The notes beneath the pieces were generated by a model. It was not told the DNA's origin and did not search any database. It worked only from the letters and a program-made list of their open reading frames with translations. 64,000 nucleotides of DNA from Histomonas meleagridis 2922-C6/04-290x (lineage: Eukaryota > Protista > Parabasalia): NCBI GenBank assembly GCA_020184695.1, contig JAANOX010000019.1, forward strand, positions 1 through 64,000. The letters are read 5' to 3'. Below are positions 43,898-54,460 of this stretch, piece after piece. How positions within the stretch are numbered: the first letter of the stretch is position 1; the number at the start of each line of letters is the position of its first letter. Made by a program: the position numbers and the translations under genes.

Positions 43898-46536
43898 TAG
43901 GGTTGGGCAATACTGGGCCAATGGCCCTGATGAGGTGAAAAACGGTTGGAAAAAATCTGGGCCATTGGCCCACTTCACCTGGGCCAATGGCCCAGGCCCC
44001 ATTAAAACCGCAGGGATGCTTGGCCCATGTCCTTTGGACGTTAATAATTTGAAAGGGGTACCTTGGCCCAGGTCCCGATAACGTTAATGAAGCGAAAAGC
44101 CTTACTTGGCTGATCCAAATAAATTTTGAATAATATAATTAGATTAGCAGGTTTTGTTTTTTCATCAAAGTAAACTTATGAAATTTATTTTTTGTACACG
44201 TAATCAGCCGGCCAAATATCACAATACGATTATTTTTCATTCAAAAATGGCTTTTTGTCATAGTTATCTAAAACAATTAAAACAAGAAGATGTGGTGGCT
44301 TTTACTAAGATTTTCGATCTCGGGAGATCTTTGAAATCAATTCATTTCATATTCATCAATTACACGTCGAGTTATTTTCTCATTACAATATAAAAAAATT
44401 CGTCTAGATATATTTTCTTTCGTCATGCCTCCCATATAATCATTTATTACATATTTACCTTGAGAAAATATTCTCTCAACACTTGCTGATGTAAGTCTAA
44501 GATATATCATTTTTTTTGCTAGAGTATATAAGACAGGCATCTTATCTTTTTGTGATTCCCACCATTGAACGATATCCACTACATTCTCATTGTTTGATGC
44601 GATCATTTTTTCAATTTCATTTTGATATCTGGTATCAACGATTTGACCCCTTCTCACGAATTGGTTATTACTATTATTTACCTTACTGAATGCTTCAGGA
44701 TATTTTACGAATAAATAGTTCATAAATTTAGATACAAGATTTTTAAAATGATTTGGTAAATCTTCCTCAGGAAATAAAATTTGCTGAAAATTAAGTAGTG
44801 GAATTAAGAATCCACCAATCAATAAATTATACAGAAAATTGTGTTTTTGGTATTTTAAGATTCTATCAATATATCCTTTTTTAAATATTTCTGCTGCTTT
44901 TTCGAACCCATGTTTAATTAAGATATCACAATGATCAAAATAAATTGTAGCTATGTTGGACATTGCCCAAAAAATAGTTTCTGGGTCATCTCTTTCAAGA
45001 TCTAACATCATATTCTTAACTCCAATGAAAAATTCACTGAATGCATCAATAATACAAAAGTCACTTATCGAAAAAAATGGAACACCTATTTTAATAAAAC
45101 TTTTCCCATTTTTTGCTAAATATTTCTGATAATTTTCAAAAATTTCACGACATTCAATGGCTCTAGAAAATAAATCTGCTAAAGAGTACCATCTGGTTAT
45201 ACAATAACAAGGAAATAATTTATAATTTTCTGAGCTTAGAAGAAGAAAACGCTTAAATTTATGAGATGAATGTAAAACTGATAATCTAATCGCTAAATCA
45301 TGAACATTTGTTAAAGATTGTAATAAATCGTTCATACATCTATTTAAAATATGGTTACAACAAGGAAAAAAGTCGATACCTTTACATGCTCCTATTACAT
45401 TGCTTCCGCAATCACTACATTGAAATGCAATTTTATTTGATATATTATAATAGTTTATTGTGTCTGTAACATAATGAGATATAACGTCTTTTGTCCTTTG
45501 AATGTCATCGGGAACGATCAAATCTAATAAAAACATTGCATCACATGATGAAGCTGTAATGGCTAAAAAATTATGTTGGAATTTGGACCATTCATCAAAA
45601 TATATTGTTAAATACTGATATTTTGTGATAATTTCTTTGATTGATTGCTTTACTCTTGTTGTAAAGATTTCCAAATAATTGTAAATTGATCTTCTTGAAA
45701 TTACATCAAAAGCAAATAAATTCGTAAAATCTAGATTGTCAACCAGACTTAAATATTGGTTGTTAAGTAAAATAAATTTTATAATCTGTTTTTGTGTTGC
45801 TTTAATTACATTTTCTAATTTTTTGTGTTTTCTAAGACAATGATTAGATATAGTGCTATAGTCTGTACACAGATATTGTGTACAGATTTCGCAAGATGAA
45901 ATTATCCGAGCATTGTCTTTGTAAAGTTTATATATTTCGTCATCTTATCTAAGAACGACTGCGTGATCAATACCTCTATCATCTGGTAATTGTAATTCTC
46001 CCACGATCATTGTACCATTCATCGTGGTAAAGTGAATTGGAATTGTGCACATTTAATTAATGTGAAGTGATTTTACTCGTCTTACAAAAAAATTATTTTC
46101 AATTCAAATTCACATTCAATTTTTCATATGATATTTTTATTCTTAACACTTTTTGAATATGACATTTTCAAAATATTTTATGATCCAACTTTTTCGAATG
46201 TTTGGTGGTTAAATACGGTTCTTAAATATAAAAAGATACCAATTTTTGTGAGATTATTCAAAAAGTAATATTCAAAAAGTAATATTGCATAACTCGAGAT
46301 TTTTATTAATTGATTATCCAAAATTTTGGCAATTGAATAAGGGAACTTGACCCAAGTCCCTTTGTCACTTTTGATCATCTTGGCCAAGGTACCCAATCAG
46401 GGGCCTATGCCATAGGGCCAAGGTCCCTCATTAATGACCTGGGCCAAGGTGCAAAGGTCCCTTTTAGGTACCTAGGCCACAGTGCCAAGATTTGCTGTCA
46501 CTTTTGGGCCATTGGCCAAGTTGCTTCCCAACCCTA
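43898..46536 (-). mobile_element. Complete 2639-bp hAT transposon with TIRs and an 8-bp TSD
   Basis: TAGGGTTGGG at 43898 and CCCAACCCTA ending at 46536. Flanking direct repeat AATGAAAT at 43890-43897 and 46537-46544. GGGCCAATGGCCC-type subterminal repeats at both ends. Confidence 0.95.
44337..46052 (-). pseudogene. hAT transposase with a BED-like zinc finger and one premature TAA at codon 36 (45947-45945)
   Basis: ATG at 46052 preceded by TCACTT. CEIC...HCLRKH. Catalytic D (FDEWS), second D with CxxH (SDCGSN...CCNH), TRWYS, and hATC LTSASVERIFS. Confidence 0.88.
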
Positions 46537-46632
46537 AATGAAATATTATTCTTATCGCTCTCCACAGTCAAAAAAAGAAAATAACAAGAATAAACGTTAA
46601 GTAAAATTCTTAACTTTACTTCGCTATTTTTT

Positions 46633-47283
46633 GTGAGAATAATTGGTCGGAACCACCAAAAGCCTTTGGAGAAGTTTATCCGTACCGATTTTCTTTTTTG
46701 TGGGGATCGAAATACAGGCAAAACATCTTTTTTGATTACTTTTACGACCAGGTGTTTCCCAAATTTTAAACCAACGTGTTTTGATGGTTTTTTACAAAAT
46801 TTCAAATTTGAAGGTCATAGAATAACTTTAGGTATATGGGATTCAGATCTTCAAAAAGACACTTCTAAAAAGTTATTTAATAACTTTATCCAACCTTTAA
46901 AAGGCGATATTGTAATGCTTTGTTTTTCGCTTGTTTCACCAAATTCATTAAGAGGTATCTTAGATTTCCATTATCCAGAGATTAAGAAAATCAGGCCAGA
47001 TCTCAGATTTGTTTTAGTTGGTCTGAAAAGTGATCTCCGAGATGAATGCAATGAAAGTTCATATAACGAAAATGCATATCATTCACGCCAAATAATACCA
47101 AGTAGTCAAATAGAAGAAGTGAAAAATATAATTGGAGCAGAGGCTTACGTTGAGTGTTCGGCAAAGAACAATGAGCATGTAGTTGATGTTATTGAAGCGG
47201 GCTTTCGAGCTCTTATAGCAAAGCGTAATGAAAACACATTAACTCTAAGAGAAAGTGAGCAAAATAAATGCCAATTACGATAA
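46633..47283 (+). CDS. Divergent Rho-family GTPase with no in-frame ATG upstream of the P-loop
   Basis: GDRNTGKTS, PTCFD, LCFSL, VGLKSDLR, YVECSAK and C-terminal CQLR. G3 is degenerate (WDSDLQ). Confidence 0.7.
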   Translation: MRIIGRNHQKPLEKFIRTDFLFCGDRNTGKTSFLITFTTRCFPNFKPTCFDGFLQNFKFEGHRITLGIWDSDLQKDTSKKLFNNFIQPLKGDIVMLCFSLVSPNSLRGILDFHYPEIKKIRPDLRFVLVGLKSDLRDECNESSYNENAYHSRQIIPSSQIEEVKNIIGAEAYVECSAKNNEHVVDVIEAGFRALIAKRNENTLTLRESEQNKCQLR

Positions 47284-47750
47284 ATAAATTTAAATATTTA
47301 AATCTTTTATTTGAACAAAATAATTTTTGATTCGTTTCAAAAGAGATGGCGTTTTGTTTAAATTTTTACACCTATTAAAAGTTTGAAAATGTTGTGACAA
47401 TTTTGGGTGAATCTTTTTATATCTTTTTGGTATCGGAGTGGCGAATTGATGATAATATTCGAGGCATGTCATATGATTAATTTAACTATTATTATTTTTT
47501 ATGTTGTATTTATATCAATAATTGTTAAGCGATCTTTTTTTTTATCTTGTGAAAATTCACGCACTTTATTGTCAAACAGTTGGTTATGATTCCTGATGAG
47601 TAATATTATGCAATGCTTCTTCTATGAGTTGTATAGTTATTAATTTTGTTTAATTTTTTAATTCAAAAAATGCCATATAAAATTGAAAAACGGTTTCCAT
47701 TCAATTGAAAATTTCCTGACGCTTTTTCAATATGTTAACGGACTAAACAA

Positions 47751-48371
47751 ATGGAGAAAGACAAGCTTTCCACAAATGATTTTACCAACATGAACATCAA
47801 TTCACAAACTAAAAAAGAGCCAACCACTGGAATTCAGCCATATAATGAAAGACTCAATACTAATACAGAATCAATTACTGGAATTCAACCTTATAATAAT
47901 AATTCTAATTCCAAAACAGAACAACCTACAAGAGCTAAGCCATGCGATGAGCCAATAACAGGAATTCGACCTTATAATAATATAAAAATAATTGAAACAC
48001 AGTCATCCTCTGAAAATATTCCCGATATTAAAGACAATTCAACGAATCCGGTAGCACAGCCACATACTACAGCAAGTTCACCACCACCATCATGTCCAAG
48101 TCCTCAACATTTCCATGGGCATTGGCATCCTGGCGATCGCCCTCGCGGTGGTCCACACCATTGCCGAGGAGGTCCACACCATTGGCATCCTGGCGATCGC
48201 CCTCGTGGTGGACCACATCATTGCCGAGGAGGTCCACACCATTGGCATCCAGATGGTCCCCATCACCCTTGCGGTGGTCCACACCATTGCCGAGGAGGTC
48301 CGCACCATCGGCATCCAGACGGTCCCCATCACCCTCGCTGTGGAGGCCCGCCTCAGCCTCTTAATAAATAA
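47751..48371 (+). CDS. Low-complexity protein with TGIQPYN repeats and His/Cys/Gly/Pro-rich tandem repeats
   Basis: HHWHPGDRPRGGPHHCRGGP units encoded by GC-rich 60/66-bp tandem repeats. AAACGGTTT motif at ~47688 upstream. Confidence 0.6.
   Translation: MEKDKLSTNDFTNMNINSQTKKEPTTGIQPYNERLNTNTESITGIQPYNNNSNSKTEQPTRAKPCDEPITGIRPYNNIKIIETQSSSENIPDIKDNSTNPVAQPHTTASSPPPSCPSPQHFHGHWHPGDRPRGGPHHCRGGPHHWHPGDRPRGGPHHCRGGPHHWHPDGPHHPCGGPHHCRGGPHHRHPDGPHHPRCGGPPQPLNK
48120..48340 (+). repeat. GC-rich 60/66-bp coding tandem repeat, about 3.5 copies
   Basis: CATTGGCATCC recurs at 48120, 48180 and 48240; CATCGGCATCC at 48306. Confidence 0.9.
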
Positions 48372-48589
48372 AAATTTGTTATTAATCAAAAAAAGAAAAT
48401 CTCAACATTAATATAAATACAAAATCAAATACTTGATATTTTCTTATTACTTTAAAGCTTAAAAACATTATGTATCATATTACAATGAACCACACTTTTT
48501 ATTCTCTGAACTTCAATTGGTAAAAATTGATCACAGATGACGTATCGTTTGCCATTTTTCATCACCAATGACAAAGCAGTAACGGTTAT

Positions 48590-48990
48590 TTGAAGGTATG
48601 TTATTATCTTAAAATGATTCACTTACATTATCATTGATATTAATTCCTTTTTCTTCCAAAAACGCGAAAATTTCATAATTATCTTTTTCAATGTAAAGCT
48701 GATCAAATATTTAGTTTTATCTTCAGACATTTTCTGCATTGATTGAATTTTATCTAATTTATTCTCATAAATATATTTAAAGATATCATTTCGATGAAAT
48801 CCAATTGCATCCACCTTCAAATGATGAATGATTTTGTTCATATAAATGAATAATTTTCTCATTTCCACCTGCAACTGCATATTTACCAGAATTATTTACT
48901 TTTGCATTATCCATAAGTAAATATTAGAAACATTTAACTGAAGCAAAGAATGATGTGTAATCAATTAATGAAACATTTTTTGTATTATAT
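48590..48990 (-). pseudogene. Decayed DUF3447-type fragment (paralog of the 16756 and 28102 genes)
   Basis: SLIDY.SFFASVKCF*...GKYAVAGGNEKIIHL...FHRNDIF, with an in-frame TAA and a frameshift. Confidence 0.8.
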
Positions 48991-49140
48991 GATTAAACAT
49001 CTTATTATTTATAAATATTTTTTATGGAAAAGATTTAAAAATTTAAAGATCAAATCAAACATATAAAGCTCAGTCGAACTCATTCAGGCCTGAATGATTT
49101 CGAATTTCGAATATCCGAAACAAAAAATTATAAATTTTTA

Positions 49141-50271
49141 CTAAAAGTATAGAAGAAGTGCGTCAAACAAAACAAACGAAAGTATCGCAAACAAAACGTG
49201 TGAGTTCAGATGCATTCCGTCCTTCGGCCAATTCTTCCTTATCACTATCACCAAGAAGGCCACTATCAGCAACAAAATCGATACTTTGAATATCCGTACG
49301 ACGTTCGTCATGTCGTTGCTCTTCTCATTTTCCTCATTGTTCTCCGGCGTTTCTTCGCCTCCTTCAGCGTCGCCGCCCAAATCTGTGATGATCTTTTTGA
49401 TCATTGCCTCGTACGAGTCCTTGATCCCTTTCTCAGTTTGCGTTTGGATAATGTTCTTAAACGTCGGCTGACTTTTCCAGAACATTTCGAACAAGACGCT
49501 GAACTCAGTTTTGTTCCCATTATCAACAAAGACAACTTGCACAAGAGGATCAAAGCACTCCGCATACGGAGTTTTACCAAGTTCTGACGTGACCGAAATT
49601 ATCATTTTCCCATCAAATGTGAAAAAGCGTTGGATCTCACGGACTTTAGTAAGGTTTTTACCAAAAACTGGAACGACAATAAGTTTCAGGTAATTAATGT
49701 CACGTTCATCACATGTGTCAAGTTTCGTGAAATCTGATGTATGGACATCTTCATTTCCAGTGGACAAGAAAAAGTCATCCATAAACTCTTTTTTTCGTAT
49801 TAAGTCAACGACTGTTTGAAATGGAAAGTTCAATGTCTTCTTTACCACTTCTTTAGGATCATTTAATTCTTTATATTCGATAACTTCTTGATTATTTGAC
49901 GTAAATCCATATAATGGTTGTACGGCTTTATCATTAAGTTGTAGAAGTGTTATAAGTTCTTTAATTGATTCTGCTTCGTGTAATCCTGAAAATAAATATG
50001 ATCGATTTTTTGTCTTAATTTCGAGGTTATTGACAGCACTTCCAATTCCTTTATCAGCTGCGACTTCTTTTATTTCGGAATAAGTTATATAAATTTTATC
50101 ATTAGAATTTCCAGATTCAAAATCTATAAATCCTTGATGAAGACATAACGTTGTACTAAGTGATATTTTAGAGATGTAAAAACAATGATATTTAGCAACA
50201 ATTTGGGAAATTTGTTTATGACTCGAAACACGGAATTCAGAACTCATTTTAGGCGGACGATCATTTCCCAT
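49141..50271 (-). CDS. GRAM plus VASt (StART-like) lipid-transfer protein with C-terminal TM (LAM/Aster type)
   Basis: GRAM: YHCFYISK...GFIDF...I.ITYSEIKEV...LEIKT...YLFSG. VASt: VISPW-like and KTPYAECF motifs. C-terminal hydrophobic helices. Confidence 0.75.
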   Translation of the reverse strand: MGNDRPPKMSSEFRVSSHKQISQIVAKYHCFYISKISLSTTLCLHQGFIDFESGNSNDKIYITYSEIKEVAADKGIGSAVNNLEIKTKNRSYLFSGLHEAESIKELITLLQLNDKAVQPLYGFTSNNQEVIEYKELNDPKEVVKKTLNFPFQTVVDLIRKKEFMDDFFLSTGNEDVHTSDFTKLDTCDERDINYLKLIVVPVFGKNLTKVREIQRFFTFDGKMIISVTSELGKTPYAECFDPLVQVVFVDNGNKTEFSVLFEMFWKSQPTFKNIIQTQTEKGIKDSYEAMIKKIITDLGGDAEGGEETPENNEENEKSNDMTNVVRIFKVSILLLIVAFLVIVIRKNWPKDGMHLNSHVLFAILSFVLFDALLLYF

Positions 50272-50312
50272 TGAATCGCGGCAAAAAGTGAAAAGGCACT
50301 TTTCAGAAATAA

Positions 50313-51911
50313 ATGAACAAGTTTAACATTGATGAGATCAGATCTATGATTACAGCTATCAGAGGCGACAACAAAAATGAACGACTTCACGCGTTATCCA
50401 ATTTCCATGTTATAGCAAAAGCGTTAGGATCGATACGAACACGGAATGAATTAATTCCATATACACTCGAAACTACAGATCTTGATGAAAAGTCGCTCAA
50501 GAAAATAGCAAAAGAATTAGGTATTATGCTTAAAGAAGTTGGCGGTGTTAGTGAAATTCAATGCTTATTTAAAGCACTTAAAACTATCTGCGAAAATGAA
50601 GACTCAAGTGTTCGTAACGCAGCAGTTAACTCTCTCATACAAATTGGAAAGTCATTATCATCCGAAGAGTTCAATAAGTCATATTCTCAATTCATTCAAG
50701 ATATTAGTAAAGACAATTGGTATCCACTCAGATGTTGTGGGGCAACAATTTCATGTCGGTTATACAATCAAATTTCAAAAGATGACAAACAAACATTTCA
50801 TAAGTTATTTGAAGCATTTTGTAAGGACCAAAGTATTATGGTACGACGTTCATTTGCTCAATCGCTTCCATATCTGATCCAATTCCAATGTCCAATTGAA
50901 GTTATTAGTAATATCCTAAAAATATTATCAAAAGATAATTCACCAGCGGTACTTATCGAATTACCAAATACACTTTCTTCACTGCCAAATAGTGAATCCA
51001 AGTTAAAACTTGAGATTTGTCAAACAATTTATGGATCTGGTATATGGCAAGCGAAATCAGTCCTTATCACCAACATCGATAAGATCTTTAAACCATCGGA
51101 AATATCGAAAGATTTTCTTAAAACCATTTCACAGAAATCTTCATCAGATCCAGTGAGTACTATCCGTGCATCGATCGCTCGACAACTTTCATATATATTA
51201 GAAAGTAATTGTTTCGGAAGTTTTGATTCATTCCAAGAATATGTTACATCATTAATCGCAGATCATAATGATGATGTACGTATATCAGTCGCCGAATCTT
51301 TAGGCAAAATGAAAAATGCACCTAAAGAATTTATGGATGTTTCATTAACTTTATTACTTAGTGATAGTGAACAAGAAGTTAAAATGGAGGCTTTGAAGAG
51401 TGTTGCAGCTACAGGTTTTGCTTTGAAGGCTGCTTCTCAACGTTTAATGGAATTAATTACTATAAGGAATTGGAGAGTTAAACGTGATGTTGCTATGTTG
51501 ATTCCAAAGATTGCGGCAACTATGGATAAGAATAATTTTAATAATACGATGATGAAGATAGTTAAATCTCTTCTTTCAGATGATGCAAATGATGTAAGAA
51601 ATGCTACCATCGAAGGATTAAAAGATATTGCTAAAACTTATGGTAATGATTGGATTAAAAGTGTTGTTAAGCCAATCATAGAAGAAATGTATCAATCAAA
51701 TGATTATCAAATTAGAAAAACTGCAGTGATAGCAGCTATAAGATTGGATTTAGTAAATGATCTTGATGAAATGTTAAAGAAAGCTGTCAGTGATCAAGTA
51801 CCAAATGTAAGATTAATATTAGCAAAAGAATTACCAAAAGGTTCGAAGCTTTTGGAGTCATTAAAAGTTGATAATGATGTTGACGTTGCTTACTGTGCAT
51901 CGCAGAAGTAA
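50313..51911 (+). CDS. PPP2R1: PP2A scaffold A subunit (PR65)-like HEAT-repeat protein
   Basis: RLHALSNFHVIAKALGSIRTRNELIPY, EDSSVRNAAV, DQSIMVRR, NWRVK, DQVPNVR, DNDVDV. Confidence 0.85.
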   Translation: MNKFNIDEIRSMITAIRGDNKNERLHALSNFHVIAKALGSIRTRNELIPYTLETTDLDEKSLKKIAKELGIMLKEVGGVSEIQCLFKALKTICENEDSSVRNAAVNSLIQIGKSLSSEEFNKSYSQFIQDISKDNWYPLRCCGATISCRLYNQISKDDKQTFHKLFEAFCKDQSIMVRRSFAQSLPYLIQFQCPIEVISNILKILSKDNSPAVLIELPNTLSSLPNSESKLKLEICQTIYGSGIWQAKSVLITNIDKIFKPSEISKDFLKTISQKSSSDPVSTIRASIARQLSYILESNCFGSFDSFQEYVTSLIADHNDDVRISVAESLGKMKNAPKEFMDVSLTLLLSDSEQEVKMEALKSVAATGFALKAASQRLMELITIRNWRVKRDVAMLIPKIAATMDKNNFNNTMMKIVKSLLSDDANDVRNATIEGLKDIAKTYGNDWIKSVVKPIIEEMYQSNDYQIRKTAVIAAIRLDLVNDLDEMLKKAVSDQVPNVRLILAKELPKGSKLLESLKVDNDVDVAYCASQK

Positions 51912-52165
51912 ACAAATGATTTTCCTCTAAACAAAAAATATTTTTTAATTTATTTTGATGTATTTTTGATGCCAAAATTTTGCCACATCAAAATGAAATT
52001 CTTTAAATAAAATAAAATAATTTATAAAAAATGTTTAATAAAATTAGAGTTTAACTCATTATTTTTAATGATATCAATTTATTTGTTTTTATTTTGTAAC
52101 AAAAAAAGAAATTTATTGTTTTTACTTCTGCGTGACCAAAAACGGTTTCCCTCTCAAATTACCAT

Positions 52166-53863
52166 ATGATCCCTATAGTTCTCTTTTTATTAAGAATATC
52201 AGCAAAAAGTAACGGATATGAACAAGGGGATGTGGTAGTTCCATGGATCAATAAAATAGGACCAGATGATAATCCAACAGAAACATATTTATTTAATTAT
52301 TTAAACATTTTCAAATATACAGATAACGTTCAGCTAAACACACCAAAAAGAACAATAGGTGACTTTTTAGTAGGAAATTCTTTAGTTGACGTAGGATTCC
52401 GATTAATTTATACAAAAGATGAAGAATCCAAAAAATTAGGAAAATTAGATGTCAACAGCATTGGAGATAATAAAATTTCCAATGCAATTTCCAGGAAATT
52501 TTGGATACAATTCTTCATTGATGATTTACCAATTTATTACCACATAGGTGAAAAATCAGGAAATGTATCAAAAATATACACAGAATTGAAGTTTGTTATT
52601 GAATGTAATGAAAATCAAATTGTTGAAGCTAATATAATTGGATCTAATCCAATCTCTGTTAATTCCAACTCAGAGATTGATATAACATATTCAGTTAAAT
52701 GGAAGCAGACAACCAAACTATACGCAGATAGATTCAATCGATATAATAATATCAATTTTTCCAATCATTTTGTTCACAAATATTCCATAATTAACTCAGC
52801 ACTTCTAGTTCTTCTTCTTGCAGCCCTTGTATTCTTTATTCTTAAGAGTAATATTGCACGTGATTATGATCGTTATCAACAAGAAGCAGATTTTGATGGA
52901 TTTGATTTTGATCGAAGTTTAGAAAATGGTTGGCGTGTTTTACATGGTAATGTCTTCCGTCCACCAAAGAATGTACTTCTTGTATCAGTTCTAGCAGGCG
53001 CAGGGCTTCATCTTTTTCTCACATTAATTATCACATCAATTATCATTGATGTGCAAAAAGTGTCAATTCTTACCAATTCACTTTTCGGTTACGGTTTGAT
53101 CGTTTTTATTTTTACATCACCTTTTTGTTCTTTTATATCTGTATCACTTTCAAGGGCATTTTCATATCAAAAATGGAAACGTGTCTCTATATTTTCTACA
53201 ATTATCTTTCCTATTATATATATAATCATTAATATTATATATAATATATTTAATACATATAAAATATCTTATATTACATTTATAATAATGATAATGTCGA
53301 TAGTAATTAATTCAATATTATCATTAATTGGTGGTCTTATTGCCATGAAATTAAAATTATTCGAAGGTAATAAATGCGAAGTATCATTAGTGCCACGACA
53401 AATACCACGAAAACCTTTTTATCTACAAAATACATTTATATATCCTATAGTAGGATTATTATGTTCTTCATCAATATTAATAGAAATATATTATATATTT
53501 TGTTCCATTTGGGATTATAGTGGAGCATATTCATATTCATATTTAATAATCGTTTTATTCCTTTTAATACTTTCTTGTTCGTGTGCTACGATTTTAATGG
53601 TTTATATCTTATTACAAAATGAAGATTATCATTGGCAATGGCCTTCGTTTTGTGCTCCTTCTACAACTGCGTTATTTGTTTTTATATATTCGATTTATTT
53701 CATGTTTGTACATACAAAAATTAATGGCGTCGCACAAGTGATATGTTTCATGTGTAATTCGTTAACGTTGTCTTTGATATTGTTCTTGTTGGCTGGCGGA
53801 ATAGGTTATACTGCTTCAAGCGTGTTCGTACATAAGTTGTATAATGATTTGAAACTTGATTAA
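52166..53863 (+). CDS. Nonaspanin TM9SF/EMP70 protein (TM9SF3-like)
   Basis: Signal peptide, NKIGP.DNPTETY, HKYSIINS, GWRVLHGNVFRPP, EDYHWQW.SF, and C-terminal LKLD. Confidence 0.92.
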   Translation: MIPIVLFLLRISAKSNGYEQGDVVVPWINKIGPDDNPTETYLFNYLNIFKYTDNVQLNTPKRTIGDFLVGNSLVDVGFRLIYTKDEESKKLGKLDVNSIGDNKISNAISRKFWIQFFIDDLPIYYHIGEKSGNVSKIYTELKFVIECNENQIVEANIIGSNPISVNSNSEIDITYSVKWKQTTKLYADRFNRYNNINFSNHFVHKYSIINSALLVLLLAALVFFILKSNIARDYDRYQQEADFDGFDFDRSLENGWRVLHGNVFRPPKNVLLVSVLAGAGLHLFLTLIITSIIIDVQKVSILTNSLFGYGLIVFIFTSPFCSFISVSLSRAFSYQKWKRVSIFSTIIFPIIYIIINIIYNIFNTYKISYITFIIMIMSIVINSILSLIGGLIAMKLKLFEGNKCEVSLVPRQIPRKPFYLQNTFIYPIVGLLCSSSILIEIYYIFCSIWDYSGAYSYSYLIIVLFLLILSCSCATILMVYILLQNEDYHWQWPSFCAPSTTALFVFIYSIYFMFVHTKINGVAQVICFMCNSLTLSLILFLLAGGIGYTASSVFVHKLYNDLKLD

Positions 53864-54460
53864 AAAGTTTTGTCATCATTTTAGATCAATAAAAAAATAA
53901 ATGAACTCTTTTATTTGCATTTTTTAATATAAATATAACAAAATTTTATATTTGGAATGAATTCATCATTTATTTATGCTATAATAATATTAATAAAAAA
54001 ACAATGGGAAAAATTGTGGTTGTTTATTATATCATGCATAAACGAACGAATTATTTTCTTTAGAATCACATTCACAAATGAATCTTCAACAAAATCATTT
54101 ATCAAATATTTCTAATACAACAAATAGTGAAATAATAACAATTACTCCAATCAAAAATCCAATGAAATTAAAGACCACCACAATAAAGGGATTTGCAGAA
54201 ACTGTACTTAGAGTTATAAATGTGTAAGACTAATACAATTTTGAAACATCTTGGATTGGACACAACACAAAAAAATACACTTTCAAGACCATTTTACATA
54301 GTTCAAAAAACAAACTCGCACATGAAATAAAAATGCATCACCAACAACATATAATACACAACTGTTATAATACATTTTCATTCCCAAATCACCACAAGTT
54401 GTAAACTCTATCGGTGATTAACTTTGTCAATTCAAAAACCACATTAAAACTTGAGCACGT

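Noticed and set aside
41054-45947. TAA reassignment to explain in-frame stops in BspA and the hAT transposase
   Set aside because: Conserved genes (RPL3, RPL18, RPL19, PGK, Rad51, SCS alpha) end at TAA at the expected positions, so the standard code applies.
46577-46614. 17-nt skip linking ATG 46538 to the Rho frame
   Set aside because: The frame arithmetic fits, but candidate segments are A-rich, not U-rich, and there is no ankyrin context.
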